From positions 17,672,001-17,736,000 of the forward strand of contig CM119372.1 of the NCBI GenBank assembly GCA_051294905.1: a stretch of 64,000 bases of DNA, read 5' to 3'. Within the stretch, counting starts at the first letter, position 1. Each line of letters begins with the position of its first letter. A program made the translations under genes and the position numbers. The stretch comes from Botryllus schlosseri. Lineage: Eukaryota. The notes beneath the pieces were generated by a model. The model worked only from the letters and a program-made list of their open reading frames with translations. It was not told where the DNA came from and did no database searches. Below, in pieces: positions 38,116 through 49,970 of this stretch.

Positions 38116-39734
38116 CTTTCAATCAATATATACCAAAATTGTACTGTGTGGCAGCGGCTATATTTTTCTAACATATATTTCTGAACAGGAGATATTATGC
38201 TTGGAGATTTTACTCGTGCCCTGAGCCTATGAAATCGTCAAGTATGCATTACCACAATCCGATAGTATAGTATACATCAATCGTTGCTTAATCCTAAAAG
38301 TTGTCAAAACTCCATGCATTTGGACACACCATGCTGATGCGTACTTGCCACCATTCATGTTCAAATTGTTCATTCTAGATTAAAACGCTGCATCTACATA
38401 CTAGCTCTGCGCTATTACTATTCATCAGGTCCAGCCATCCCCAATTCAATGTAATTTTGCTAAAAACCTTCATTTTTCAACCCTTTTCCATAAGAGCTCA
38501 TAGTAAGCTTGCCCGGGCTTGATGTTTGTTTACATCCTGCAGCAACCTGATTGGTTCGTGTCAAAGGTCACGTAAGTGTCTATTTCAGCAGCTTTCCTCG
38601 AAGTCAAGTTGCGGCATCTAAAGATTTTTCCGCATATATAGCTGCGATTTTGGCATGTCGGATCTCATTGACTTTTACAAGACTAATTGGTAAACATTTC
38701 AGTGTATCAACAGAGTTACTATTGTAGCTTATTCAGTAGTCGTTTTAGGGATTATTCTTGTTGCTGTGCGATCCGCAATATTATGCCGACACCAAGGACT
38801 ATACCAGTGCATGGTTCTTAACCTGGGTTCATACCATGCGCAGAGGTTCAAGGAGCGATTCTCATGGGTTTCCTGGAGGTCAAGACACACACCCAAATCA
38901 GATGACACGCCCTCCTTGGTCATTATTGGCTGCGGGAACTAGGCGCGATCAGTAGTCGAGTTGTTATGTTGCGGTGGTACGTCATGTGCAATTGTGCAGT
39001 GGCGTACGCGTGCGAGCCTAGTGTTCCACATAGAAATCCATCCTTGTGAATAGTTATTGGGGTAATTTATAATCTAAATATTAACTTAACACACGCTCAT
39101 TCGATTAAGATTATAAATTTGCTTTCTTCTCAGACTAGAAAGATCTGTTATCTTGGGAGCTTAATATAAAATATACTAGCCATGAGCAAAAAACTAATTT
39201 TGGGATATTGGAACATTCGGGCGGTAAGTATGCAGCGATAGCTTATAGAGAGGGATGGGATAGCAATGCCGGATTAATGTCGTTACAGTTTGCCGATCCG
39301 ATCCGTTTCGCGTTGGAATATACAAATGCGGATTACGAAGAGAAACTATAGGGGCAAGGTTGGCGGTGTAGAAAGTAACATGTAGTCTACACTCTGCGTT
39401 TTCTGCTTGGAATACATATTGATGTCATTAATCCTTAGGCGACCGAGACGTAAATCGAAACGGACAAATCGCAGATAATATAGACGCGTTGTATATACCT
39501 GCTACCCCTTCTTCTGTCCTTTACACCGGTGGCAAGTTTCCTGCCAGTCCGCTAAATAAACTAGAATCTTCTATTTCAATTACAAAATGCAAGAATTCGG
39601 AAGCTTGTTCATTAATTTGGGAGATAAAACCTCAAATTGTAAATTGATTTAGAAGTTCGGAACGTACTTTCTGCGTGGTGCCGTAATAGGCAGTTCATGG
39701 TCTACTTTCAGCGTGTACGTCACAATGCTTCAAG

Positions 39735-40320
39735 CATAGTGTCCTATATGGTGTCGACACAGGCAAATCTCACGCCTCAGTGAAATTGTATCACGTCACA
39801 ATTTCCATTTGGCTACAAGGAATTTGACGGTCATTTTTGACCGGCTTGCCGAGCATTAAATTTGGTAAAACGGGCATCAATCGAAAGCTGACTCTGCACT
39901 GATTACGAAAATATAAATTTTATTCCGCTCGTGGCCCTGGAACTCCCACAATCAGCCTCGAATTTTTCATTGTTATGGAGATTGGCATTCGGACTCAACA
40001 ATGCTGTCTGGCTCTTTTTCTCTTGAGCTACTCTCTCGTTTCGCCAGACAGCATTGTTGCGTCCCAATGCCAATCTCCATAACAATGAAAAATTCGAGGC
40101 TGATTGTGGGAGTTCCAGGGCCACCAGCGGAATAAAATTTATATTTTCGTAATCAGTGCAGAGTCAGCTTTCGATTGATACCTGTTTTACCAAATTTAAT
40201 GCTCGACAAGCCGGTCAAAAAGGACCGTCAAATTACCTGTAGCCAAATGGAAATTGTGACGTGATACAATTTCACTGAGGCGTGTGTTTTGCTTGTGTCG
40301 ACACCATATAGGACACTATG
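39735..40320. mobile_element. Foldback MITE with CATAG...CTATG ends and 7-bp TSD (P-superfamily-like)
   Basis: Near-perfect inverted arms of ~270 bp; TSD cttcaag at 39728-39734 and 40321-40327. Confidence 0.85.
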
Positions 40321-40920
40321 CTTCAAGCTATGTACAAAACTGTTCAATAGTAGCCTACAACTCGCTAAGAAAAGTTATATGTGAATAATCAAGGAGAAAT
40401 TTACAAAAACTTCGCTAAATGTGATTAAGCGACACCTATTATAATAGAGGCTCTAGCAAACAGCAAAGACGCTTCTTTCAACAGAGCCAAACAATCACGA
40501 ACAAGTTAGTGGTCTTGGCTGACTTCGCTAGCTTCTTGCAGAGACTTCAATAAAACCAAGTACTAATATATAATATCAAAAAGGTACAATTAAATGAAAT
40601 TTCCAATAATACTTTTGAATTACATACATTTGTCACCATTAAATTTAAATTGAATTCTGATTTTTGAAGGTTTGGTCGGTCCGTCAGGTCAAAAAGGCTG
40701 AGAACAACTGCTTTAAGCCTACACCATAAAATTCTACAGCATTGATTTAATAGCGGAGCTGAAAGATTTGGAAGATATAGTGTACTGGTGAATAAAAGTG
40801 TCCGAATGTTGAATCTGCTCCATTGAGTCGTTCTACGCTAACCGCGAGTCCCGGTTAAGTGCGAAAGTTTAAGAGTGTGCGATGAAAAGAAATGTAAATA
40901 TTTATACTTGCCTGCTCTCG

Positions 40921-41212
40921 GCTACACTTCCGCGATATCGTGAGTTGCGCAACACAACCGTCGCGACACCATTGTGTTGACTGAGCTCAGCTCCTCCCTC
41001 CTGACCTCCTCATCGCCGACCTCGTTGTGAATACAGTACCTCCAAAAGCCACAAGCTACAGCCGGCAGCTGAATCCTACGCTTAGGAACAGAAAAAAAAC
41101 GAAGAGGCCTAAGCCTAGGCCGAGGTTGGTGTCTGATTTCAAAGACTACTCCAAGTCGTTTCGACACCTTCCTATCTTTTCAGTGTATCGCAATTCTTGT
41201 GATGTAGTATGA
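40921..41212 (+). mobile_element. Short retroposed element with LINE-type 3' tail in GST copy 2 intron 2
   Basis: The tail cctaggccgaggttggtgtc...gactactccaagtcgtttcgacaccttcctatc matches ~60265-60350, ~42318-42370 and ~9750-9800. It is absent from the homologous intron of copy 3. Confidence 0.65.
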
Positions 41213-43298
41213 GGCTACAATATAGAATGGTGAGAATCCTGGAAATCGTCGTCGGTTCAACAGTTATATAGCACGTAGATATGGATCATTGGTACGAAAT
41301 GGATGTTCTAATGATGATGACCTCCGACCGCAATACTGCTGCATAGTGCATAACGATGTAGTCCAGGTTAAAGATTTTTTTGTCCGCTCATGACAAGGGT
41401 CGGAAGCCTTTCTCGTCAAAGGAGCCATATTTACCTTATACTTTCAATTGCCGGGGTCAATCTATGGTGACGTCACAATTAAATATTCGTGACGCAATGG
41501 CAAAAAAAGCAATAAAAACATGTTTTTTAATTTGTGTTTTAAATGCAACCCTTGTTATAGCGAATAATATGAAACGATATGTGTGTGTTCACCAGCAATA
41601 TAGACTGTTGTTAACTACAGATTGTGATTCCAGCACCAGACTTCGATCGATCGCAGTGGACAAAAGAAAAATATTCACTGGGTTTGGATTTCCCCAACGT
41701 ATGTTAAAAAGTTGACAATACAATATACATTACTTTGTAAATTCCTTCAAATACGTATTCCAACTCAGCTGCCATACATTTTGGACGGAGACTTGAAAAT
41801 GACTGAATCCACTGCATGTCTGAAGTACGTCTGTAGAAAGTACGGGCTAATGCCGAAATCCGACAAGGTCATGGCAAGAGCTGAAAATGTGGAAGGTAAG
41901 TGGACCTTATATGGGCCCACGTCATTTTCGTCTAAATCAGTGGTTCTTAACCTTGTTTCCATCGCCCGGGGGCGATTTTGATTTCGAAGGGAGCGGAAAC
42001 GCTCAGGGGGCGAAATGCGGGCGCAGGGATCATGGGGCGGTATTGGGGGGCGCTGAAGAAAAATGGCCACGCAGTAGATGGTGTAATAAGGACATATGAT
42101 TATATAGTGGAACAATAGTTCTATATATCCCTGAGTTCTCATTGCCAACTAACATTCAACAAAATCTGTCAAATCACAACGTTTTCCGTTGCGCTCATCG
42201 TGAAATATCCACCGACCATGTTTTCATGAATTCAGTGGTTTATTTCAATTCATGTAACATGAATTTGGCGTATTTTTGGATTGCCAATTCCCCATTATTA
42301 CATTCCCGTACCGCTAGCTACTCCAAGTCGTTTCGACACCTTCCTATCTTTTCATTGTATCGCAATTTTGTGCAATGTATAATGTATAATGTATGTGTAT
42401 GTGCAATGCATAATGTATGTATAATGTACAATACGTACACTAATATTGACTTGTTTCGAACTATACAGTTCTCCTGTGGCATTTTCGGTAAAACCAGAAA
42501 TTAGATTTGAATTACAATTAGAGCATAGAAACATGTCACAAATTAGATTAGAATTACATTACTGACGATTTCAATTAGACAACTAGAATTGACATATTTT
42601 TACAGTAAAACGCAATCCGTTCACCAACCACTGATTTGTTACATAGCTATTCTCGATGATTTGAAACGATCATTTTTCGGACAATTCTTCGTACCGTAAG
42701 TGAAGAAAGATCTCTCTCGACTGTCCTTGACCCGTGATAGGTTCCGCTTCGCGTGTTTTACCTGCATGCATTGATTGTTACCACTGTATGGTCAGTACTT
42801 TGACTTACGCCTCATACTTTTGTCTGTCCTCTGCGTATGTCCTTGGGGACGGATGGACCCGCGTATTTTAGCTTTCTTAGCTCATGATTTTACGGATTGT
42901 ATCAATAAAGAGCACGCCACCCACAGTGTATCCACGAACTTGTGACCCCAACGTGATGGACTTGATGGTGTTAGTGACCTTGTGGGTTTCCCTGGATCGC
43001 ATTGCGAAATTTCCTCTGAAGACTCCATCTCGTGATGACAGACACAAGTAAGAGGGGCATAGTCAAAGTAAACCATATAAACGTCACAATCAATCCAGGT
43101 AAAACACGCGAAGCGAAACCCAACCAGCAAGCTTTAAAATCTTACAGCGATGACAAATATGAGGAGACGAAGAAAGCATTCAAAGAGAATAAATATCCTG
43201 ACGTTATGAAGAAAATTGTCGCTTTCATGGGTGGAAATCAATGGCTTATCTCAAACGAGGTCATATGGTACTGCTGATTACATTCTACGTGATAAATT

Positions 43299-43808
43299 TA
43301 TCGTTGCATTTAAAACAAATGGTGTTACAAATACTTTGTTTAAAACATGTTTCAAACAGCACTTTTTTAAATGCCTTTAAAAAAAATCGTATTTTTTCAA
43401 GCGTATACTTATGCCATAATCATGTAAATACTTTTTGAAAAAACACGTGCGGACGATTTGCACCCGATATTGTCGTCGTATATGATATGGATTGTTGGAT
43501 CCCTCGAAATCGTCATCGGTTCAATAGTTGTAGAACGAAGATACTGATCATTGGTGCGGAATGAATGTTCTGATGATGACGACCGCCGACCGTAAAATGC
43601 TGCATAACGATGTAGTCCTGGTTAAAGATATTTTTGGTCCAATTATGACAGGGTCAGTAGCCTCTTTCATTAAAGGAGCCATATTTACCCTACATGATGT
43701 CACAAATAAAGAGCCGCGATTTCATGGTTGACAAATAAACAAACAAAAAAACATGTTTCAATCAGGGGCTAATATGTTTTATGCATGTTTGTTTTAAATG
43801 CAACCCTA
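43299..43808. mobile_element. hAT-type MITE in GST copy 2 intron 6
   Basis: Ends (ta)..gttgcatttaaaac / gttttaaatgcaacccta; TSD gataaatt / ggtaaatt. Same family at ~53229-53776 and ~41228-41551. Confidence 0.8.
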
Positions 43809-44312
43809 GGTAAATTGCCTTGTTAATATGTGTTACAGATATCCTATGTCGATTTTGCGTTTCACCCTCTGTTGGATTATGCGGAATGCCTCAACCCTGG
43901 TTGCACCAAAGAGTTCCCGAGACTTGTGCAATACGTCGAGGACTTCAAGGTTTTTTCTACTACATGCGCAATGTCAATCTATCACAGCTTACAAAGAGCG
44001 TTTGTATTTCTCAGGCACTGCCGGCCATCAAACGCTACATGTTGTCCGACAGGTTCAGCGCCTACCCAATCACTAACCCATTTATTAGATGGGGTTACAA
44101 AAAAGAATGCTGATCATAAATTCTGGGAGAGAACTGTACTTGTATGTGCATGTACAATCCATAGACCGTATGTGCCGATAGACTATGATTATATTCTGGT
44201 CATGACCTACAACTTATTGTCTTATTAGCACTCATAGCTGGTGAGTTTGGTAGACATCAGCGGACGATGTTGTATGATATGTCCGAACAGATGAAGCATA
44301 GATAGCTGAACA

Positions 44313-44813
44313 CGGGGTTGCAACCAAGTCACAAGGTTCCGAGTCACAAATCCATCTCATTTTTATCGTTTTGACTCGAGTCAAGTCGAGTCATTTTAAT
44401 TCACCACCGAGTCAAGTGCGAGTTCAAGTTAGTGAATAGAGGGTAGAGTCCGAGTCTAAGTCATTGTGTGTTCAGTTTCAAGTTCAATCCCGTTCAACCT
44501 AATTTTTTCAACTCTGATCGAGTGATATAATGGCTCACATTCAAAATATCGTAATATTCCTCAGTCCTTACAGTTTCTGGCCATATTTTCCAAGTATCAG
44601 AACTGATGGACGAACTGCCAATAATGTGGTGACTTTGCAATTCTTCGAAGTTACAATGAAATGTATGTGTTGGCCGTCCCAGTCTCGAGTAATACACAAT
44701 GACTCGAGTACAAGTCGAGTAAATACACAAATTGACTCGAGTCGAGTCATTTTACACATTGAAAAAATGACTCGAGTCACCAAAAAATTGTGACTCGAGT
44801 CATTACAACCCTG
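44313..44813. mobile_element. hAT-type MITE (gactcgag family)
   Basis: Inverted copy of 33603-34105; TSD gctgaaca / gctaaaca. Confidence 0.85.
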
Positions 44814-47758
44814 GCTAAACATAACAAATTTCGTAGGTTGAATAGCTGCGAATTGTGTTCAGGCATAAGCAGTCGTAGTAAAATACACGTACAATATTCC
44901 GTGAAAGTTTGAGGGACTCGAAGTCCAACAAATACCCGGCTGACACGATGTTTTGCGCTCGTTTGGAAGCGAACTATTGCTATTCAGGTCGCATGCACTT
45001 CCCACGTTAAATAACGTCTCGATACAGTTTCATGGTGGCGAATTTGAATTGAAAGAATTCGCAGGCATTGCTTCGAATTTAGCTCAAACGGCAATTGCAG
45101 AGCTTCGTGTCGAGATATAGAGATATACTTGCAGATCAGGGCGTAGGCAGAAGGAGAACTCACTATTCTTGTGCAATTGCATGGCGTATGTAATAAAGCT
45201 GAGTATGGCCATCTACGACGTTGTGATAATCGCAAGTCGCAGCCCGAGTCGCAATTTTCTCGTGACTCGACTTGACATGAGTGATTTCTTGACTATGAAA
45301 AATGACTCGACTTAAATCCGAGTCATTGCATGTGATACAAGACATTCGATAAGACTTGATTCAAGTTTTATCTCATCTTTTGATAGCCTTTCCCGGATTT
45401 CTGATATTTTCTCACACTGATTTGCGCTTCGACAATCCCATTACGACATGAAATTAAACTCTCCTTGTTACGAACGCAGAGCGAGAGCAGCTGAGCCCGA
45501 GTTCGTACACTCGTGACCTTTGGGTATCGTGTTCGTATCCAGGACCATAACAGCACTTTGTCAGCCCTCCTCAAAAGGCTGGTCTTGGGTGGTCTAGGGT
45601 GATAAACCAAACTTCTGGGGCCTTCGCCCTACAGACCCCCCTCTGCGCCGTACGTTATCACGAAGATAGAGTTCTTGTTCTCGGAGATCAGCGAACTATT
45701 GTCATCTCGTCGCAAAAATCGCGAAAAAAATCAAAGTCATGGTTGAATTCGGTCTATGAAATTGGAATTGTATATATTACTGTCAAATATTAACTACTAA
45801 TAGCCAGCGTGCTTATTGGCGTAGTGGTGTCTTTGAAAATTTAGGGCCTGTAATTTATACTTATCTGCGGGCGGGCCCGTTGTTATCAATTACTTTGTTG
45901 TGTGGTGTTATTTCCTGACCTCCCGTCTGCTATATAGCCAAACGATTTCGGAATCTCTGAAACGTACCAGACCTAAAAAAACTTCTTCCTTGCAACGCAC
46001 AAGACTGAAAGTGGCATTTCTTCGCGGGGCGCATAATTTTCTCTGCGAGTGTCATTTGTAATGTGGGGCTCAGATTGCCAGGAAAAGAATATTAGACGCC
46101 ACCCATTTTGGCGACTATGGACAAGGCAAAATTCGACATATATATATGTCGGTTTCGGCCAGCATGAGGCGGTCGTTTTGGGTCAAGGTTTTCTCGCCGC
46201 CGAGCCTTTTTGCAGCACTCTTCGCAGAGTAGTGAGCCGAAACGTCATTGTCAACGTCTTGGTGTGCATATCTCAATAAATTATGCGTTTTTTTCTTGGG
46301 TAGGAATACCCATATTAATGTGAAGACAGGAAGTTCTATATATATTTAATAATACTCTATTTTTTATGTTAATTTACGAAACAATTTTAGGCCTCCTTCG
46401 AGCTCGAGTCCTCCCAATTGTCTCCTACGGTCGTGATTCCATCCAAGGATCGGCAACCCCTGGCACGCGGAATAATTTTTCACGGCACGTCAAATGGCAC
46501 ACGGACATAATATTGTTATGTTCATGCATTTACGTTTCAGTGTCGTACAACTCTTTCTTTCTATAGGATTAGTAATTACAACCAATCATTATTTCCTCGT
46601 GTGTCGTGCTTGTATTTATACCCTGTGTTCTGTTGTCTCGTGGTCTTTCATTTAACTGTACTCTGGATCGTGTCGCTGCCTAAAGTTATACTGCTGATAA
46701 TATACTGATTTCTTATTGCAACCTCGTCGCATTGAGTTATTGTTCAAACAAGATCAAGGACATAACAAATATAATCATGTTTATCAAGGGAGAGTGAAAA
46801 AAGTTTTTCGTTCTAATCAAAAAAGGGGTTATTAAATCCCGACAAATGACCTAAAACTTCAACAAAAATTGATTTAGGGGGTTATCCTCATTTTCCAGTC
46901 GGCAATCACCCAATTTCTGCACGCGGTGGGGTAAAATTGCCTATCTCGTCCACCACTGGCTGTAGAGTCATGATTCTACCTCCAAAGCAGCCAAAACATC
47001 ATGTTTCTATGTCCTAAGAAGAAAGTTTTCTCCATTTTGAAGTGACAGCTCAAAACGAGTTAGAGCAACAACAACAACAACAAAATAACAGTAAAACTGC
47101 TATTTTTTCAAATTTTGGCGTTATACACTACAGCTTGCAACATAACAGTGCAGTTATTCACTCCAAATAAGCCAATGTGTTATTTTGAACAGATTGCGAC
47201 CGATGTTCCCTCTGATTCTTCACGAGTCTGCGCGCACTCACCATCTCACTGCCCGATCCTTTGGACAACAGTGCGTAACGACTAAAATAAAGAGTGTTTC
47301 TATGTGTCGGAGGTTTATCTGGGCTCCTCATCGCCGATCCCGCTGTAAATACAGCGCCTTGAAAAGCCCAGAAGAAGAGAGAGCCGAACTCTGGAAAGAT
47401 GGCAGCTAAGGACCAGAAAAACGAAGCAAGAGCGCGAAAGACAATGTGTTAATGCAATTAATGTGCTGGGCGCAAATAACCATATAGGCGAGAAGCGCCA
47501 ATGTTGTGAATAAAACAAACAAAACAAACTTCGGCTTTTTTTTTGCGCAGCTTAGATTTTCTGTGCGCCGAGACCGTGTCAGCACCGCGCAATTGCGCAC
47601 ACGCGCTGCTCAAAGTAAACATTGATTGTGACTATACTGTTGGGACATCGGGATCAAAATTCGAAATCCCCGCATCGAGGTTTATACTCCTTAATCCCGG
47701 GATTAGCAAAGTAGTGAAATGCACAGCTCATGCAAGCTACACAAACAACATGAATTCC

Positions 47759-48021
47759 TTGTTTGTTTGTTTATTGTATTCATGGTGTTAGTTGACCACA
47801 ATAATCATTTACACCATATGACATTCCTTATTTTTTATTCCGTAGCTGTCACATTGTAGCACGGCCCACCTCTAGGCTTTTCATGACACCGCTGACGCGG
47901 ATGAGATGGCGAGTAGGAGCCTAGATAAACCTTCAAAACTTAGGTGGGAATTCTGGAGTCGGACTCGAACCCACCACCCATTGGTGCTGCAGCTGTGGAT
48001 TATACCACTGGGTATCTCGCC
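47759..48021 (-). mobile_element. tRNA-derived SINE (family A)
   Basis: The minus strand begins ggcgagatacccagtggtataatcc...gggttcgagtccgac, as at 16979, and ends in an (AAAC)n tail. Confidence 0.85.
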
Positions 48022-49041
48022 ACATCTAATCCTTGTAATATTGACGCAAAAACATGAGCGCATCAATTGTGTCATCGTCTAATCCAGGGGTTGAACCTTT
48101 TTACTATTCACCGCCGCACTTCGATTACATCAGGGATATCTAGAACTTCTAGTTCTACTTAGTTCTAAATGTCCATGGATTACATATACAGCGTACGACA
48201 ACATTCCATTGGACAGTCGTAATGGACCACCTTGTCGCAAAACAGATATGTTATATTGGCATCAAGGCCACTTCGCATCGCGAAAGCCCTTCTAGTGTTC
48301 TGAGTCATCACTATTTTCTCGTAAAATACCTTGCGCATGAAAGTATTTTAGTTGTAGAAGCAGAACGCCCAGCACGCACGCTTACAATTCGAACCGAAAT
48401 CTAATGTACTAATGTTCTAAAAAGTTTTTGGCGTGGTTCGTCTAGTCGCGACGAGCGCGAAATTTTCTCACCGTCGTGCATGCTTCTCGTCGATAATATT
48501 GGTTGCTGCATATATTACTATCAAATATTCATCCATTCTCAGTTCAGGTGGTCAGATTTAGCGCTGATGGAATGGGTGCCTTCGAAAACTTTGGCGCATA
48601 ATATACGAGGATGTGTCTTCGAGTTGTTAATAATCCCTTGTTGCATGTTGCTATTTCTTGACGTGCCATCACGATCGTAGGTATAGTAAAAACATATGTT
48701 GCAGGGATCGCCCAAACGTACCAGAAAACCGTCATTCGCGAGATGCATACAATTTCAAATTGGTATTTCTTCATGGGCCGCATTCGTTTACTCTTCTGTT
48801 CGCATTTAATGAACGTGGGGGCTCAGATTGCAAGGACTCTATATCAAAATCGATTAATTGATTCTGTGGCCACAGGTTGACCATCCCTGGTCCAAACGGT
48901 TTCCTAATTTGGTATGAAGTCGCCTTGATGCCAATATAATATATATATATATATTGCGACAAGGTGGTCCTTTACGACCGTTCAATGAAATGCGGCCGCA
49001 CACTGTATATGTAACCTAGGAATATCTAGAACTATTGTAAT

Positions 49042-49876
49042 GAGAGAGAGAGAGAGAGAGTCTTTATTTTCATCGAACCAAAATACATAACAAACGGCAG
49101 TGAATGTGATACAGAAAATATGCATGCACAGTATTCGGTATTAGATAGGAATGATCGATAAGACCGTGAAGGTCATCTAGTCTGATCACACCAGCATCAA
49201 ACAGGTACACTTGACTCAGAACAGTCTGGCTGTAAAAAAATGTTTAGTTAGGAAAGGAAAATAGAAAAAAATTAAACAATGGTAGCAAATTATCAATGAA
49301 GCAATGTCTGGGCGAGGTAGGGCAACAGTGTTAGTGTAACGACAAGAGGTGATCAAGTAGGGCTTTTTTGAATCTATTATAAGGCAATTCACGGATATGT
49401 GATGGTAATGCATTCCAGATGATAGGTCCCGAGTAGTCGATAGATCTCTTAGTTAGGTTGCTATTGGGTTGGGGTAAGTAGACGTTTCCTTTAGACGAAG
49501 ATCTCGTGTAATGGGAATGGACATGTTTAGCAGGTATGAAAAAGTCATCAAACACAGGAGGGAGACTATTGGAAAAATATTTGTGAACAACTTTTGATAC
49601 TTCGAAGCGATACAGTTCATCAACTCGCAAAATTCGATGCTTACGGTAGTAAGGCGATAAATTGGTACGTAAAGGTACAGATGAGATCAGCCGTATCGCA
49701 CGGTTTTGCAGGGTTCGAATTCTGCACAAAAATGTTGTACATGCATTTCCCCATACTACGATTCCATATTGCAGATGCGAGTGGAAAAGAGAGAAGTAGA
49801 TGGTTCGTAGTACTGATCTGGAAACCAAAGATTGGAGACGGGTCATTATTCCCACACACCGAGCTGCGGCCCACAT
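49042..49876 (-). mobile_element. 5'-truncated CR1/L2-group LINE (ORF2 C-terminus and 3' UTR)
   Basis: ORF 49331-49876 reads LRTIYFSLFHSHLQYGIVVWG...LQNRAIRLI...HSHYTRS...YSGPIIWNALP, the typical C-terminal region after the RT domain. AATAAA and a (TC)n tail follow on the minus strand. Confidence 0.9.
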
Positions 49877-49948
49877 CGTCTACCACGGTAGGAAATTGGC
49901 CTGTGAACACTTTTGAATTGGTAACCCCTCTACACTACACATCCCATC

Positions 49949-49970
49949 CAGGGATATCTAGATATCCCTG
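49949..49970. mobile_element. 22-bp palindromic micro-element with 8-bp TSD
   Basis: atcccatc|cagggatatctagatatccctg|atcccatc. The same terminus cagggatatctaga starts a longer element at ~48131. Confidence 0.75.

Larger units (their letters stand above)
33121..38584. mobile_element. Decayed ISL2EU/PIF-Harbinger-type DNA transposon with long TIRs and two convergent genes
   Basis: TIRs of ~330 bp starting aatagacacttacgtgacc / ggtcacgtaagtgtctatt, with internal THAP, DDE and SWIM-like remnants. No TSD was identified. Confidence 0.8.
39182..44113 (+). pseudogene. GSTM: Mu-class glutathione S-transferase, copy 2, with premature TAG in exon 2 (recent pseudogene or null allele)
   Basis: Exons 39182-39223, 39289-39358, 41634-41698, 41769-41895, 42647-42695, 43148-43259, 43839-43949 and 44015-44113, with all splice sites intact. 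In-frame TAG at 39349-39351; exon 2 is 70 nt versus 76 nt in both paralogs. Confidence 0.88.

Noticed and set aside
39903..40124. ORF with apparent internal symmetry
   Set aside because: It is an artefact of reading through the centre of the foldback element.
47306..47376. Canonical HDV-like or hammerhead ribozyme call for the recurrent motif
   Set aside because: It has a TCCTC loop-like segment, but I cannot place the P1.1 GG or the catalytic C-containing J4/2, and there is no CTGANGA/GAAA core. It is kept only as an unassigned structured motif.
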